Assembly: GCA_963768835.1 (NCBI GenBank)
Contig: CAVYJB010000001.1
Location: forward strand, 216,420 to 280,419
Source of the DNA: an uncultured bacterium
GTDB taxonomy: Bacteria; Patescibacteriota; Minisyncoccia; UBA6257; GWB1-50-10
Reading direction: 5' to 3'
DNA: 64,000 nucleotides
In this document: in pieces, positions 9,216 to 17,976 of the stretch
How the letters are laid out: each line of letters starts with the position of its first letter
Numbering within the stretch: position 1 is the stretch's first letter
The notes under the pieces: generated by a model
Told to the model about the DNA's origin: nothing
The model's database searches: none
What the model saw: only the letters and a program-made list of their open reading frames with translations
Program-made: the position numbers and the translations under genes

Positions 9216-10036
9216 AGCACAAGAAGAGCATCGGCAGCATGAAAACACCCAGACTCGAATATAGAAATTCCTATGAAGTGTTCGTTCTTTTCGCTGCCCT
9301 GAACGCGCTGGGGTACGACGATGAGAGCCGGATCAGCGGGATGTCCCTTCTCCGAAGGAGAACAAGAGGGTCCCTGCGCAGGCATGTTCGGAGCCAAAAA
9401 TACCCTCAGCTGAAGAGATTCTTTCATGCACACAGCCCGTGGCATCTTCTGATCTTCACGCTCCGCGGCAGTTCAATCCCGGCCCTCCGGAGTTTCTCTA
9501 AAGAACCAGCAGTGCGGGCGCTATGGAGGGAAGCGCGAACGCGCCAAGAGGCGGAGTTGGGAAAAATCTCCACGCTTTTCGCGCGTGAAACGGTGCGCCT
9601 TATTCGACTCGTCGGAAAACCGGTTCGCCCCATCGACCGAATTGTGCTTATCCCAAATCTCCTTGATGCGTACTGGCGCGGATACTGTCTCCGCGTGAGG
9701 CGGGTCTGCTACATCGTAGTAGGGCCAGGGGCCGAGAAGAACGGCGGCGAGCTTATCCGGCACGAACTCCTGCATCTCCTGGCCCCGAATATCCACCTCC
9801 CGCTCCCCGCTCACTCGCCCAAAATCCGTGCCCGCCTTTCGCGCCAGGGTTACTCTAACCAATCTATTATTAATCGTGAGTATGTCGTCCGCGGCCTAAA
9901 CCTTCTCTATGAGTCAGAGTTTTTGAGTAAGAATATCCGCGCATCAGTCGTACGAGAACGAAGAAATTTCCCCTATATTAGGAAGGTTATAAAATCTCTG
10001 AAAACAAAGATGGGGCTGGCATTTTCGAAATCATGA
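9212..10036 (+). CDS. HExxH zincin-like protein, paralog 3
   Basis: HELLH motif; translationally coupled. Confidence 0.6.
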   Translation: MKHKKSIGSMKTPRLEYRNSYEVFVLFAALNALGYDDESRISGMSLLRRRTRGSLRRHVRSQKYPQLKRFFHAHSPWHLLIFTLRGSSIPALRSFSKEPAVRALWREARTRQEAELGKISTLFARETVRLIRLVGKPVRPIDRIVLIPNLLDAYWRGYCLRVRRVCYIVVGPGAEKNGGELIRHELLHLLAPNIHLPLPAHSPKIRARLSRQGYSNQSIINREYVVRGLNLLYESEFLSKNIRASVVRERRNFPYIRKVIKSLKTKMGLAFSKS

Positions 10037-11040
10037 AACTCTTCATCCAAATCTCAAAATTACATAACTACTTCTTCTTTGTTTCGAACCTTGCCGAGTG
10101 GAGCCCCTATTGTCGAAAGCAATACAACGAAGTCTGGCTTCGCGGTAATCCTCTCACTGCACCAGAGCGGACAGCGCTTAAAAAGGTGGCTGGTGTCTTT
10201 AAGAAGCATGGGTTCTCGGATCGATTCGCCTCATCCGAATCTCCTGATGTGATATGGGACACCATCGCGAAAACTCTGAAACCGGATGAGTATGCGGCAC
10301 TTCGGAACGCTTTTGCTACGCTCACTCCGCGATTTGAGAAGGTATGGCGGCGCGAGAAGGGAAATCTAATGCGGGTGCAAAAGGAAATGAAGAAATCGCT
10401 CTCGCTCTCCAAAAGAGCTCTTGGTGTGTTAGAAACTCTTTACGGCGCTCCGTCAAAAAGTTTGACCCTCGAGATATTCCTCCTCACAAATCCCATCTCC
10501 AAGCGCCTAGTGGGAGGCGGAAGCGGCATCGGGGAAAACAAAATCGAGCTTGAGTGCTCAAGGGTGACGAAACACAACAACCCAAAAGGGTGGCTGGGCA
10601 GGGTTATACTCCATGAATTCGTCCATGTGGCGCTTGAGAAAGAACTCCGAGACAAGATCGGGGCCTTTGTAGGCAGCAAGGATTTCCGAAAGCGCCACGA
10701 ACCGTTTTTGAAGCACTCCGCTATCTATTGTGAGACTCGATCGTTCGTCGGACCTATCAAGGAGATGGTTGCTGTATCCCTTCTCCCCGAAGGATATCTA
10801 GCCGAGAAGATTTATGGCGCGCGCGTCGTCGAGAGCCTGAAACAGCGGAACGCGGTCCGGACCCACACCTTCCGGAAGGACTACTACGACCTGATGCTTT
10901 TCTCTCTGTGGGGGCTCTATGATATCGCCAAGGAGTACTCCGACCAGCGGAAGCCGATTGACAGGAGGTACATCGAAACCGTGGTGCGGAATTGGGAATC
11001 CTTCGAGAGCATGGATCTTTCGAGGTTTGACCCCGAATAA
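10033..11040 (+). CDS. HExxH zincin-like protein, paralog 4
   Basis: HEFVH motif; translationally coupled. Confidence 0.6.
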   Translation: MKLFIQISKLHNYFFFVSNLAEWSPYCRKQYNEVWLRGNPLTAPERTALKKVAGVFKKHGFSDRFASSESPDVIWDTIAKTLKPDEYAALRNAFATLTPRFEKVWRREKGNLMRVQKEMKKSLSLSKRALGVLETLYGAPSKSLTLEIFLLTNPISKRLVGGGSGIGENKIELECSRVTKHNNPKGWLGRVILHEFVHVALEKELRDKIGAFVGSKDFRKRHEPFLKHSAIYCETRSFVGPIKEMVAVSLLPEGYLAEKIYGARVVESLKQRNAVRTHTFRKDYYDLMLFSLWGLYDIAKEYSDQRKPIDRRYIETVVRNWESFESMDLSRFDPE

Positions 11041-11041
11041 A

Positions 11042-11077
11042 AGGCACGCGACATCTTTTCAGATAGCGCGTGCTTTG
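11042..11077. terminator. bidirectional terminator-like hairpin between convergent genes
   Basis: aaggcacgcg...cgcgtgcttt: 7-bp GC stem flanked by A-run and T-run. Confidence 0.4.
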
Positions 11078-11162
11078 GGGCCCAATGCTTGAGTGATATG
11101 CCCGAAAAGCGTTCTTTGATTCTCAATAAACTCTTTGACTAGCCGGCTTCTTTAGCGATTAG

Positions 11163-11930
11163 CTATTTCAGATACCCCCTTAATATCGGTTCATGAAGAA
11201 AGGAGTGCCCACTTCCACACACCACAAAGAGGCTCTTGCCTGTGCCCCACTCCTTCCTAAGCCGTTTCAGAATTTCCGCATCTCGAATATCGTCTGAGGT
11301 TCTCGTGATTTGATTCACAATGGTGTCCGCTCGATTCGGATTAACCATTCTATTGAAGAGGCGCAGGTTGTGAAGGCTGAAGGCCTTCCCCAACAGCCTT
11401 TTATGCACAGCTTTCATTTTCGGAAAGGTGAAATCTTTCCAACCGAATTGTCTGACATATATCGCCATGACCTCCGCCATCCATTTCTTAAAGTCCGGTC
11501 GAGGGTTATGACGTCCCCAGGTATCTACCAAGCCCGCAAACCAGTGATAATAGATCTCATCTTTTGAAAACTCCTTCTTAAGAGCGGCAGCGACTCTGTC
11601 GCGGGAAGGCTCGGGGCAAATGATCGGGATATTCGCATGGTGAGCCCAGAGCGTCACGACCGAACCTTCGGCCCCGCTTTCTATCGCCGCCTTTTCGTTA
11701 GCGTGAACCTTACGCAAGTTTCCCTCAATGACTACTAATTTCTTGGTACTCCGCGTTTTCAGGAACGTTTTCCAGAATTTCCGCAGAATGGAGTATTGCT
11801 TATCTTTCGGATCGTGGCTGTGATTCGCACCGAAATAGAAAAGGACTTGATTCCGTTTCTTGATCTCAAAGCAGTAGGGCACGGGCTTGCCTCTGCTTAG
11901 TTCTTCGTATTTCTCGCGATCAACTTTCAT
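11163..11930 (-). CDS. hypothetical protein (possible TraB/GumN-family-like)
   Basis: 255-aa intact ORF; LFYFGANHSHD resembles the TraB/GumN N-terminal motif; weak. Confidence 0.5.
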   Translation of the reverse strand: MKVDREKYEELSRGKPVPYCFEIKKRNQVLFYFGANHSHDPKDKQYSILRKFWKTFLKTRSTKKLVVIEGNLRKVHANEKAAIESGAEGSVVTLWAHHANIPIICPEPSRDRVAAALKKEFSKDEIYYHWFAGLVDTWGRHNPRPDFKKWMAEVMAIYVRQFGWKDFTFPKMKAVHKRLLGKAFSLHNLRLFNRMVNPNRADTIVNQITRTSDDIRDAEILKRLRKEWGTGKSLFVVCGSGHSFLHEPILRGYLK

Positions 11931-12047
11931 TGTCTAGTTACTATGAATTAAAACGGTTTCCGACGGGGATACTGTCAATATACCCCGACCTGTGGATAAC
12001 TCGCTTCAAAAATACCGCGGCGCGAAACAAGCATGAGGCTTGGTCTG

Positions 12048-14570
12048 CTAAGAAACGGGATTGGACAGCCGCCTTCGCCGCGTTCTGCGGAACACAGAGA
12101 ACCCTAGGAATCCAATGATACCGGCGCCGGTAAGGATAGAAAGCCATTCCCCGACCGTGGCATCCATCCCCGCGCGGTAGGTAAGCGTCGTCCGTCCGTT
12201 CGAAAGCACGAGCATTTGCCCCGGCGTCACAGGGAACACGCGTCCCCCGTCCGTCCGCCGCCAATACGGGAAGTACCCGAGATTCACGATCGTGGGGCCC
12301 TCGGAGTAGAAATCGACCGTGTGGTCCGAAAATTCACCAATCGGCACGGATGTGCTCGCAACCGGATTCGGAACCGCATTGGAATGAATGAAGGTGTCGA
12401 GAGCGCTGAGCGCGTTAAGATTCGGCTGCGTCACCCCCCCTGCCCCGTCGCTTAATGAAACCAATTCTGCTCCATCCGCTTCCTGCGTGGAACTCGGAGC
12501 GCCTCCGAGCCCGAGCGGCGTTGTCCCCGTGTTCAGAACGAGAATCGGCTTCCCAAAACTCTCCAGGTATTGCAGAAGGGACGGATTGGGGCGCGAGAGG
12601 CCGACAATGATGAAATTGAAAGGACGCGCCGCATCCGCGGAAAGCGCATCGGTCGCGCCGGGCCACCCCGCGACGGGATAGGAGAGAAGATCCGGTTCCG
12701 AGTACCAGCCGAGCGCGAAGATGCGGAACGGAATCGAGCCGTCCGCGTCGAGGTAGAGGCCGGGCATGTGGTCCGCCGTATACACGAACGGCTTGCTCCC
12801 TTTGACCCAGAAAAGCGCGAAGGTGCCGTACGTTTGGACCAGCGTGGTTCCCGGGATGGCCTGCGACTGGAGGGTGAAACCGGGCGTCGCGCTCAGGAAG
12901 TAGTTGACCCCGAAGAGCCGCAGCCGGTCCACCATGCTTTCGGGAGTCTGCCCCTCAAAATAGTTGTTGTTCTCAAGATAACTCACCTTCCCCCACTCCA
13001 TATGGTCGCCTGTGAGCGCATTGGTCGCCGGGAAAATGAACGGAAGCTGCCAGGCCGACTCGGCATAGAGACCGAAAATGGAACGCTGGCCGTTCAGGAG
13101 CGGCAGAAGCGAATTGAAGAAGTGCATCGAACCGAGATCTCCGGATTCCGACTGGACCATGGTAGGCAACACGCGTCGCACGGGCTCGGGAAGGGCGGTC
13201 TCTCCCCCGAGAGTTTTGATGATCGCCATCCCGGGAGCAAAATCCTTGAATTGGTCGAACGTCCAATAATACGGGATGTCCTCCGAGATTCCCGACACTC
13301 GCGCTTTATCGGGGACATCATTGGAGCCGGCACCCAGGTTATATTTCCCCACAAGATTCACGAGGCCGAAAAGAAAAACTCCGAGGACGACATACCCTAA
13401 GGCCTTTTTCCGCTGCGCCAACACGTCGTAGGTTCGCACGAGCCCCCAGGCGGCAACCGCAAGGAGTACCGCGAACTCTCCGCTGAAAAACCGGTAGTAG
13501 TGGAGCGTGAGGTCAGGGAACATCGCGTTCAGGTAGTCGAGTTCGAGGATCACGAACGAAACACCGACCAGGAACGGCAGGAATGCATCGTGCTTCCGGA
13601 TGAGCCCCCACGCGCCTATGAAAAAGAGGAGCGCCAGGAAGAGCCAACCGTAGTCGACCGTGAAAAAGTGGCCGGCCACAAGTTCGCCCAGATCAAATGG
13701 GAAGAGCCCGGACAGGGGGGTCCGCGAATAGCTGACCGTATCGATCCGCTCCGCCGACGTAAACGATTGATGGAGCGCAAACGGTATAAGCCAGAACGCA
13801 GAAAGAAGCGCCCCGATCATCGCAACCGCCACAAGCATTGCAATCCTCTTCCGGTCAAAGAGCGCGCGCACGTGGTAGAGGACAAAAAGAATGGTCCAGA
13901 TAAACGCGAGGACAAGGGTAAGCGTGTGTGCGAGGACAAGAAGTGCGAGGGCGGCACCACCGGAGACACAAAGACCGAATTGAAATTTTTGACCTTTTAG
14001 AATCCGACGCAACACCATGAGGTACCAGAGAAGAAAATTGACGGCAAGGACCTGCGAAAAAAGCCCGAAAAACACAGCTCCGGCCGCTCCCACGCCGCTT
14101 GAGCTGGGAAGTTTAGGGAAAAACACCCAGAAGAACGAGAACCAAAGCCCCCAGCGCGCCACGCGGGCACCGTAGTATTCCTTCGTAAAGAAATAGAACG
14201 CGATGGGGAAAACCGCGAAGGTCAGGAACACAAACCAACGGAAAATGAGCAGGAGCGGTAACGCCGGACCCGTTAGAAGCGCAATGCCGCCCATCACAAG
14301 GAATGAGAGGGGCGCATAAAAGAGAAATAAAGGGGACCCCCCGAACCAGGTGCTGGAGTAGGTGAAGAAATGCCCCGAAGCGAGCTCAGGGAGATACTCG
14401 TTCAGCGCGAGGTAGTGCCCTACGGTGTCCCAGCCGGGCAGAAGCTCGTTTGTGAAGAGAAGGCCTTGGAATCGGAACAAGAGAACACCGATGTAGATGG
14501 CGATAAAGGCGTAGAGCCATGCCCTACGCCTTATCTCTCCATTGAATCGCCGGAGTATCGCTAACGGCAC
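12048..14570 (-). CDS. large polytopic membrane protein (about 14 TM helices plus ~350-aa extracytoplasmic C-terminal domain); possible glycosyltransferase/YfhO-like
   Basis: ORF extends to 14648 (ATG, 88-nt overlap with upstream gene); GTG at 14570 avoids the overlap; many hydrophobic helices. Confidence 0.65.
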   Translation of the reverse strand: MPLAILRRFNGEIRRRAWLYAFIAIYIGVLLFRFQGLLFTNELLPGWDTVGHYLALNEYLPELASGHFFTYSSTWFGGSPLFLFYAPLSFLVMGGIALLTGPALPLLLIFRWFVFLTFAVFPIAFYFFTKEYYGARVARWGLWFSFFWVFFPKLPSSSGVGAAGAVFFGLFSQVLAVNFLLWYLMVLRRILKGQKFQFGLCVSGGAALALLVLAHTLTLVLAFIWTILFVLYHVRALFDRKRIAMLVAVAMIGALLSAFWLIPFALHQSFTSAERIDTVSYSRTPLSGLFPFDLGELVAGHFFTVDYGWLFLALLFFIGAWGLIRKHDAFLPFLVGVSFVILELDYLNAMFPDLTLHYYRFFSGEFAVLLAVAAWGLVRTYDVLAQRKKALGYVVLGVFLFGLVNLVGKYNLGAGSNDVPDKARVSGISEDIPYYWTFDQFKDFAPGMAIIKTLGGETALPEPVRRVLPTMVQSESGDLGSMHFFNSLLPLLNGQRSIFGLYAESAWQLPFIFPATNALTGDHMEWGKVSYLENNNYFEGQTPESMVDRLRLFGVNYFLSATPGFTLQSQAIPGTTLVQTYGTFALFWVKGSKPFVYTADHMPGLYLDADGSIPFRIFALGWYSEPDLLSYPVAGWPGATDALSADAARPFNFIIVGLSRPNPSLLQYLESFGKPILVLNTGTTPLGLGGAPSSTQEADGAELVSLSDGAGGVTQPNLNALSALDTFIHSNAVPNPVASTSVPIGEFSDHTVDFYSEGPTIVNLGYFPYWRRTDGGRVFPVTPGQMLVLSNGRTTLTYRAGMDATVGEWLSILTGAGIIGFLGFSVFRRTRRRRLSNPVS

Positions 14571-16108
14571 GATTGCGTAAACGGAGTGTTGTTCGGAGCA
14601 CCGGGCCGACCATAACCGCCGGCCGCGAGCGATGCCTGGAACGCACAAGAGTTATTGCTTGACGGACCGCCGCCATTCGGCCATCCACAGTAGACGGTCT
14701 GGATCTTGGTACCAGGATCTGTTGCGCCGCAGGGGAGCACCATCGCCGACGCATAAACAACATTGTTGTTGATATGATCCACGACGGTGCCGTTGATCGT
14801 AGGGCAAAAGAGCTGGCCCGAAGTATAATATCCGCAGTAGTCGGCGGATCCGTAGGTGGTTATCTCAGCACCTCCCGCACTCGCATCGTAAAGATGGACC
14901 TTCTGTATCAACGTGCCTCCGTTATAGGTTTGCTGCCCCGCCCAGTCCGTTATGTAGTAGGGATCGTAGTACTGCACCACTCCGCTGCAGTTGTAGTCCC
15001 AACTGCCGCCGCTTGAAGAAGTAAACCATGCGGTTTGCCCAGGGAACACATTCCCGTCCGAATCTTTGCAATCGAGAGTGGGAGCCGCACTCGTGACGTT
15101 AGCCTGGTTTGGCAATACGTTTGCACCCGAAACATAGCCGCTGCCGCACGAAGAAGATTGTGGGACAACGTTCGCGCTCGGAGTATATTTATCTCCATCC
15201 GCATCGGTGTAACAGACGTAATTCTCTTGCATAGCCCCTGATCCCGCGATACCAACCTGGGCCGAAGCTCCCAATGTCATGGCAGTACCAGGACTCTTTG
15301 CGAGTATGGCGGTGCCAGAAAGATTGATTGAAACATTGGAAAGCGTCGAGTTCCCATCGTAGCCGTAGCCGCCGGTTGAGACAGTGCAACTAGCCAAAAG
15401 TTGTCCGGAGCTGTTATACGAGCACGTGGGGTCAGACCATGGAATAGACCAGGCATCTTGGCGGTTCTGGTTATCGGTTGCTACGAAGCTCGTGCGGTAG
15501 GTGGTCTGGTGCGTATCGTGCACAGTCCAAGAACCTTCGTAGGTGTATTCCATCGCACCTTCAGCGTTCGCAGAGGAAATGAGCGAGGCGATAACGCTCG
15601 CGATCTCGCTCTTTGTGGCAGGAAGTGTAGCACCGTTATTTATCACAACAACGCCCTTCTGATCCACTAGGATTTCCCTATTCTGAAGCTCATTCTCCGC
15701 CATCGCCTTTGTACCCATAAGTTGCAACGGAACCGTATCTTCCCCGTTGTCATGTTGGACGGTGGCGACAACAGATTGGGGCTGTCCGATAGAGAGGACC
15801 ACCACCGTCATCGTCTGCGTGCTTCCGGGCCGCGCGTCCACGGGATCTACCTTTCCAGAGAGAAAGCGAGGGTAGTTGTCGGGGCGTGAGGAAACCTGGA
15901 ACTCTTCCGAGCCTTTGGGAACTTGCCAAGCTTTCCCCTGCGCATTCACATACGTGGTCCATTTCCCAGGCATGATCTGCAAAGCTAATGTGTTCAAAAT
16001 AGTTGGCTCACCCTTGGAACCGAAAGCGGAGAGGGCCCAAGCTGTGACCGCAAGAAGAACCACGATGAGGATGGCCATGTAGATAACCGTGTCCTGACGC
16101 TTTTTCAT
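14561..16108 (-). CDS. secreted Thr/Ser/Gly/Cys-rich protein
   Basis: N-terminal signal anchor MAILIVVLLAVTAWALSAF; 515 aa with repeated Cys-containing segments. Confidence 0.7.
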   Translation of the reverse strand: MKKRQDTVIYMAILIVVLLAVTAWALSAFGSKGEPTILNTLALQIMPGKWTTYVNAQGKAWQVPKGSEEFQVSSRPDNYPRFLSGKVDPVDARPGSTQTMTVVVLSIGQPQSVVATVQHDNGEDTVPLQLMGTKAMAENELQNREILVDQKGVVVINNGATLPATKSEIASVIASLISSANAEGAMEYTYEGSWTVHDTHQTTYRTSFVATDNQNRQDAWSIPWSDPTCSYNSSGQLLASCTVSTGGYGYDGNSTLSNVSINLSGTAILAKSPGTAMTLGASAQVGIAGSGAMQENYVCYTDADGDKYTPSANVVPQSSSCGSGYVSGANVLPNQANVTSAAPTLDCKDSDGNVFPGQTAWFTSSSGGSWDYNCSGVVQYYDPYYITDWAGQQTYNGGTLIQKVHLYDASAGGAEITTYGSADYCGYYTSGQLFCPTINGTVVDHINNNVVYASAMVLPCGATDPGTKIQTVYCGWPNGGGPSSNNSCAFQASLAAGGYGRPGAPNNTPFTQSCR

Positions 16109-16241
16109 ATTAGTTCTATTATATCATATTTCCCTTGAAAATCCTTGAAAAACTTGACTTTTCTGCTCTTGTTTGCTATAATGGAGACAGAAATAAGTTT
16201 GTAAACCGAATATTCACTTTAGCGATAGAAGGGGGTGTGGA

Positions 16242-17897
16242 ATGAAGAAATTAATTGTTTTAGTGCTCGGCATCGTTATGCTTGGCACAATCGGTGGGCG
16301 TGCGGGTCAGAAAACCGCTACGACGCTCGCAAACGGCGCTACGGTCTTGAATGTGGATGGGCGAATCCTTTCGTCCAACCCCGTGCTTGACCCGAACTAC
16401 AGAAATATTCTCGACCCTGCGTCAAACCTAGCGAAGTCCTCTGGGTTCACGGAAATTCCACAGAACATAACCCAGGTATGGACGGATTCGTTCACACTCG
16501 GAGGGACACAGGATGTTCCGCTTTTTGTGAAAGTGGACGGGCTCGGGAACTCGTATGTCAACGGGTGGCGATCGGTTTATCCTGCCCCTTATGACTACGC
16601 GCGTGCGGTACTCCGGAAGTTCTCGCCTTCAGGTGTCCCTCTCTGGTCCATACAGACCATGCAGGACACTACCGCCTCCGGCTGGAACCAGATAACCACG
16701 CTCTCCGACAATTCTGTTGTGTGGGCATGGTCCGGGTTCATCAACATCGACAGTACGCACATCGAGAAGCTTTCCCCGACCGACGGTTCGCTCATCTGGC
16801 AGACCGCTATCCGTGGAGACGTCCTCTTGGGTTCATACGGGAATACAGTCATCGCGGTGCAATGCAGCTACACGAGCGGCAGAATCTTCCTGCTCGACTC
16901 TACGGGAACGATCTTCCGAAGTTTCCCGACGAGCAATGATTCGGCAGGCTCCGCAGTGACGGGGAATGTCACAACTCGCGTCTGGAACGGAAGGCTCTAC
17001 TTGTTTGCTGGGCGTCCAGGCGGGGTCGCGATTTCTCTTTCCTCGTATGCGGCCTGCTATGACCTCGCGTCAGGCTCGTTTCTCTGGAGACAGGATTTCG
17101 TGGACCTCGAGCGGCTCTTCGGCGACGTCGACATCGATGGTAACGTCTATGCCGGAGGCAGCTTATGGACCGACGATTTCCCGCAGTTCGGCAATATGCG
17201 CTTCGTCATGAAGAAGTTCTCTCCGGACGGAGCACCGCTCTGGGCAACAGGATGGTTTCCGAAGTCCAATCCGGACGGCAACTGGGAAAACTGGGGGAAC
17301 GGAATCGCCGTTTCCCACCAGAGCTCTCCGGGGCAACGGGTCGTCGTTCTGCTCGGAATCACCGAACGGGATACAGTGGACACGGGAGCTCGCCTGAACT
17401 ACGTTCTAGGACGAAAGGCTTCAACCGGCGATTCACTCTTCGTCATGACCTGGGAGTATGGCACGGATGCGATCGTGAACGGGGTGAACGGTGGTCAGTT
17501 CGATTCAGACAATGACCTTATCGTTCTCGGACAAGAGTACCGAGGCTCTGGGCCTGTTTGGGGATACGGACATCTGCATAAGTTCGAAGGAATTGTTGCT
17601 TCTGTAGAGGTGTTGCCGGGTCTCGTGCCAACCAGTTTCATCCTCCATCAGAACTACCCCAACCCCTTCAACCCTTCGACCGTCATCCGGTTCGAGGTGA
17701 AGAAGGAAGTTCCTGTCTCACTGTTCATTTACAGTGTCACGGGAGCGAGGGTGGCGACTCTTCTGGAGAACGAGCGGAAGGCTTCGGGAGTCTATGAAGT
17801 CTCCTGGAACGCTTCGCAGTTCGCTTCGGGGATCTACTTCTATCGCCTTATCGCTGGATCGTTTGTTGAGACGAAGAAGATGGTGTTCCTGAAGTGA
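16242..17897 (+). CDS. secreted protein with T9SS-type C-terminal sorting domain
   Basis: signal peptide; C-terminal ~80 aa (NYPNPFNPSTVIRFEV...GIYFYRLIAGSFVETKKMVFLK) match the Por/T9SS CTD pattern; GGGTG RBS. Confidence 0.85.
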   Translation: MKKLIVLVLGIVMLGTIGGRAGQKTATTLANGATVLNVDGRILSSNPVLDPNYRNILDPASNLAKSSGFTEIPQNITQVWTDSFTLGGTQDVPLFVKVDGLGNSYVNGWRSVYPAPYDYARAVLRKFSPSGVPLWSIQTMQDTTASGWNQITTLSDNSVVWAWSGFINIDSTHIEKLSPTDGSLIWQTAIRGDVLLGSYGNTVIAVQCSYTSGRIFLLDSTGTIFRSFPTSNDSAGSAVTGNVTTRVWNGRLYLFAGRPGGVAISLSSYAACYDLASGSFLWRQDFVDLERLFGDVDIDGNVYAGGSLWTDDFPQFGNMRFVMKKFSPDGAPLWATGWFPKSNPDGNWENWGNGIAVSHQSSPGQRVVVLLGITERDTVDTGARLNYVLGRKASTGDSLFVMTWEYGTDAIVNGVNGGQFDSDNDLIVLGQEYRGSGPVWGYGHLHKFEGIVASVEVLPGLVPTSFILHQNYPNPFNPSTVIRFEVKKEVPVSLFIYSVTGARVATLLENERKASGVYEVSWNASQFASGIYFYRLIAGSFVETKKMVFLK

Positions 17898-17918
17898 GCT
17901 GAAAATCTGTAGATTTAA

Positions 17919-17960
17919 CAAAAAGGCCCCGATACGTTATGTATCGAGGGCCTTTTATAT
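17919..17960. terminator. bidirectional rho-independent terminator between convergent genes
   Basis: caaaaa-ggccccgatacg-ttat-gtatcgagggcc-ttttat. Confidence 0.65.
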
Positions 17961-17976
17961 TGCTTGAAATCGGGGG

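Noticed and set aside
12570-13400. 276-aa + strand ORF rich in Arg/Glu
   Set aside because: It lies entirely inside the 866-aa membrane-protein gene on the opposite strand.
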